A DNA stretch of 64,000 bases from Streptomycetaceae bacterium. GTDB lineage: Bacteria > Actinomycetota > Actinomycetes > Nanopelagicales > Nanopelagicaceae. Made by a program: the position numbers and the translations under genes. The DNA lies in the NCBI GenBank assembly GCA_027483765.1, contig JAIXTW010000005.1:11821-75820 (forward strand), written 5' to 3'. How positions within the stretch are numbered: the stretch's first letter is position 1; each line of letters begins with the position of its first letter. Under the pieces are notes generated by a model, which was not told the DNA's origin, searched no databases, and saw nothing but the letters and a program-made list of their open reading frames with translations. Positions 60,946-64,000 of the stretch are shown here, one piece after another.

Positions 60946-62004
60946 ATGCCAGCAGTAACAGTCAGCGATATAACTATTCTTCCACGCATCTCTGATGCAA
61001 CTCATCTGCGTGCACGTCGCGTAAAGAGCATCACTACTGCGCCACAAGGATTCGAGGGCGAAGGTTTTCCTGTCCGTCGCGCATTTGCTGGCGTTGATCT
61101 CGCTGAACTAGATCCCTTTATTCACTTAGATCAAATGGGTGAAGTTGAATACGCACCCGGTGAACCAAAAGGTACTCCTTGGCATCCACACCGCGGTTTT
61201 GAAACTGTTACCTACATTATTGATGGCATCTTCGATCACAAAGATTCCAATGGTGGTGGCGGTTCAATCACAGATGGCGACACACAATGGATGACAGCTG
61301 GTGGTGGAATTCTTCACATCGAAACTCCCCCAGAGCATTTAGTAATGTCCGGCGGTTTATTTCATGGCTTCCAACTCTGGGTAAACCTTCCAGCAGTGAA
61401 GAAGTGGTCACCTCCTGCATATCAAGATGTACGAGCAAACGATGTAGCACTTCTCACATCTCCTGATGGTGGTTCACTCGTTCGCATTATTGCTGGAGAA
61501 CTCGATGGACATGTCGGTCCCGGTTCAACCCAAACTCCCATTACTTTAATTCACGCAACCGTGGCGCCAGGTGCCGAACTCAGACTTCCGTGGCGCAAGG
61601 ATTACAACGCACTCGTGTACACAATGTCCGGTAACGGATTTGTTGGCGATGAACAGCGTCCAGTTTCAATGGGACAGCTCACCGTCTTTGCCGAAGGCGA
61701 TTGCATTGTTATTCGTGCTGCAAACCAGCAAGAAACTCGTTCGCCAAATCTTGAACTATTCATTCTTGGCGGTCAGCCGATTAAGGAACCAGTTGCATGG
61801 ATGGGGCCCTTTGTGATGAATACAAAGAGCGAAGTTCTGCAAGCATTTGAAGACTTCCAGAAAGGCCTCTTGGGATCTATCCCTGCGATCTATAAGGATG
61901 ATGCCAAGAAGCCGATTCAACGCACCGATAAGTTATCTGGGGATGTTAAGCCTGCGGATATTCTCGATGTACACAACGCTCCCACTGACCTGCAAGAGGG
62001 TTAA
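60946..62004 (+). CDS. Pirin family protein
   Basis: DPFIHLDQMG, PWHPHRGFETVTY, QWMTAGGGILHIE, WVNLP, GPFVMNT. Confidence 0.95.
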   Translation: MPAVTVSDITILPRISDATHLRARRVKSITTAPQGFEGEGFPVRRAFAGVDLAELDPFIHLDQMGEVEYAPGEPKGTPWHPHRGFETVTYIIDGIFDHKDSNGGGGSITDGDTQWMTAGGGILHIETPPEHLVMSGGLFHGFQLWVNLPAVKKWSPPAYQDVRANDVALLTSPDGGSLVRIIAGELDGHVGPGSTQTPITLIHATVAPGAELRLPWRKDYNALVYTMSGNGFVGDEQRPVSMGQLTVFAEGDCIVIRAANQQETRSPNLELFILGGQPIKEPVAWMGPFVMNTKSEVLQAFEDFQKGLLGSIPAIYKDDAKKPIQRTDKLSGDVKPADILDVHNAPTDLQEG

Positions 62005-62007
62005 GTC

Positions 62008-63417
62008 TTAAAGAGCTTTAAGCGCTGAGACAACTTTCGTCAGAGATGCTTTGGCATCACCGAAGAGAAGCATTGTCTTTGGATCATAGAGAAGTTCGTT
62101 TTCAATGCCGGCAAATCCTGGACGCATTGAGCGCTTCAGGAAGATGATGTTGCCAGCGTTGCTTACTTCCAAGATAGGCATTCCGTAAATCGGGCAACCT
62201 GGAGTTGTTTGCGCCGCTGGGTTCACAACATCGTTTGCGCCAATAACAATGGCAACATCTGTCTGACCGAAAGTTGGATTCACTTCATCCATTTCAGCTA
62301 ATTGATCATAAGGAACATTAGCTTCAGCAAGAAGGACGTTCATATGTCCTGGCATACGACCAGCTACTGGGTGAATTCCATAGGCAACATCGATGCCCTT
62401 TGAAATCATTAAGTCGGCAAGTTCGCGCACTGTGTGTTGTGCTTGTGCAACAGCTAATCCGAAACCAGGAACAATAACTACACGTCGTGCGTAGTTAAGA
62501 AGAATTGCAACGTCATCAGGTGAACCTGAACGCACTGGACGTTCCTCGGCTGCGCCAGTTGCAGCTTGCGGCTTGGCAGTAAATGCACCGAAGAGAGTTC
62601 CAAATAGAGAACGTCCCATTGCTTCGGCCATCAGGCGAGTCAAGATTGTTCCTGATGCACCAACGAGCGTTCCAGCGATGATGAGAAGTGTGGATGAAAG
62701 TACATAACCACTTGCTGCAACAGTAAGACCAGTAAATGCATTGAGCAGAGAGATCACGATCGGAACATCTGCTCCACCAACAGGAAGTACAAAGAGAATA
62801 CCGAAGAGCAGTGAGAGAAGCGCGAGAACCAGTAGCGGAGTTGTGCCAAGGGCTACAACAACCCAGACGCTCACACCGAGGACGGCAACGAGAGTTCCAG
62901 CGATAACGAATCGTCCACCAGGAAATACCACGGGACGAGTTGTCATGAGTTCTTGCAACTTCATAAATGTAATGATTGAACCGCTGAATGAAACACAGCC
63001 AACAACAACGGTAAAGACAGTGAAGATTACTTCTGCCGTAGTGGCGGTATCGCCAAGGTTTAGGTACTCGACAATCGCAACGAGTGCGGCAGCGCCGCCG
63101 CCCACTCCGTTAAAGAGCGCGACAAGTTGTGGCATCTGAGTCATCTCAACCTTGCGAGCAGCTGGTACGCCAACAATCAGACCGAGCGCAATTGCACCCA
63201 AGATCCAACCTAAATTATGAATTGGTAGTGAATGTGCCTCTGCGCCATCTTTTCCAGGAGTGACATAGAGAAAGACGGAAAGTGTTGCAACAGTTGCGCC
63301 GGCTGCACCGATGAGGTTTCCGCGACGTGCTGTCTTTGGGTGTGACAAACCTTTAAGTGCCAAGATAAATGCAACGCCAGATGCGAGGCCAATCAGGCTG
63401 TACCAAGTGCTACTCAC
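62008..63417 (-). CDS. pntB: NAD(P) transhydrogenase beta subunit
   Basis: MTQMPQLVALFNG, PGFGLAVAQAQ, HPVAGRMPGHMNVLLAE, GANDVVNP. Confidence 0.97.
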   Translation of the reverse strand: MSSTWYSLIGLASGVAFILALKGLSHPKTARRGNLIGAAGATVATLSVFLYVTPGKDGAEAHSLPIHNLGWILGAIALGLIVGVPAARKVEMTQMPQLVALFNGVGGGAAALVAIVEYLNLGDTATTAEVIFTVFTVVVGCVSFSGSIITFMKLQELMTTRPVVFPGGRFVIAGTLVAVLGVSVWVVVALGTTPLLVLALLSLLFGILFVLPVGGADVPIVISLLNAFTGLTVAASGYVLSSTLLIIAGTLVGASGTILTRLMAEAMGRSLFGTLFGAFTAKPQAATGAAEERPVRSGSPDDVAILLNYARRVVIVPGFGLAVAQAQHTVRELADLMISKGIDVAYGIHPVAGRMPGHMNVLLAEANVPYDQLAEMDEVNPTFGQTDVAIVIGANDVVNPAAQTTPGCPIYGMPILEVSNAGNIIFLKRSMRPGFAGIENELLYDPKTMLLFGDAKASLTKVVSALKAL

Positions 63418-63746
63418 TTCTGGCCTCCCTTAGCTGCTTCATCTTCTTTTTTTGCAGCTGCCGAGGCATCTTTCTTCGGCTTAAACATTTCAAGCATTCG
63501 GTCGGTTACTACAAAGCCGCCGACCATGTTGATTGTCGCCAACACAATCGCAGCAAGTGATAGCCCGAGTTCTAGATTATTTTCACTGTGATCGGCAACG
63601 ATGATTGCGCCAACCAGAATCACACCGTGAATCGCGTTCGCGCCCGACATAAGTGGTGTGTGTAAAGTTGAAGAAACTTTGGAAACAACTTCGAATCCCA
63701 CGAATACCGAGAGAACGAAGATTGAGGTGATTGCCATTGCATCCAT
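63414..63746 (-). CDS. pntA: NAD(P) transhydrogenase alpha subunit, membrane part
   Basis: LHTPLMSGANAI, NMVGGFVVTDRML. Confidence 0.95.
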   Translation of the reverse strand: MDAMAITSIFVLSVFVGFEVVSKVSSTLHTPLMSGANAIHGVILVGAIIVADHSENNLELGLSLAAIVLATINMVGGFVVTDRMLEMFKPKKDASAAAKKEDEAAKGGQK

Positions 63747-64000
63747 TAGTTGCTGCCTACTTTCTCACTTGCACCGGGTGTGTGCTTGGCACCTGCATGA
63801 GTAAGCGCCGCTTTATCAATAATTTCATCTGTGAAATCGATGTTCAGTGAGACCTTTTCGCCATCTTTAGCGGCAGTTGTCATCAAGGTGAGAAGATTGA
63901 CGACGTTACGTGAATAGAGGCTGGAGGCGTGGAAAGGCAGTTGGCTTGGCACATCTTTGCCGCCCCAGATCTGAACACCCTTTGCTGTTGTGACAATCTC
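63746..64000 (-). CDS. pntA: NAD(P) transhydrogenase alpha subunit, soluble dI part (3' fragment; runs off the window)
   Basis: The frame stays open to the edge: EIVTTAKGVQIWGGKDVPSQLPFHASSLYSRNVVNLL. Confidence 0.88.
   Translation of the reverse strand, partial: EIVTTAKGVQIWGGKDVPSQLPFHASSLYSRNVVNLLTLMTTAAKDGEKVSLNIDFTDEIIDKAALTHAGAKHTPGASEKVGSN

Overview
A gene-dense chromosomal segment of a streamlined freshwater actinobacterium. I infer the acI lineage (Ca. Planktophila-like) from the actinorhodopsin, the minimal intergenic spacers, moderate GC and actinobacterial gene order; no database search was run. Most of the window is conserved core: ahpE-DUF3052-aceE; DUF4032-ybbN-MFS; an ABC-2 exporter; pduO/murA; the complete atp operon; wecA-glyA-tsaC-prmC-prfA-rpmE-rho-thrB-thrC-hom-lysA-argS; rdgB-rph-murI-cysM-cysO-mec-DUF2017-clpS; trhO; pirin; pntAB. 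There are two tRNAs, Val-TAC and Leu-TAG. Accessory material: a DUF2231-cytochrome b5 fusion and a secreted repeat protein beyond the tRNA-Val 3' end; a ~1,950-aa multi-domain surface protein facing a LuxR/histidine-kinase pair, with repeated TGTGACA boxes between them; a stand-alone alphaCTD-like gene; actinorhodopsin; a coiled-coil/OatA/histone-H1-like-TM-FN3 envelope cluster; a GH18 hydrolase; and a DUF222-HNH gene. No CRISPR, integrase, transposase or rRNA was seen. The best leads are (1) a TsaC/Sua5 homolog that has lost its catalytic KxR and SxN motifs, (2) the giant surface protein with its two-component cassette, (3) a membrane-spanning protein with a histone-H1-like cytoplasmic tail, (4) recurrent direct and inverted duplications of gene 3' ends, and (5) frequent leaderless promoter geometry.
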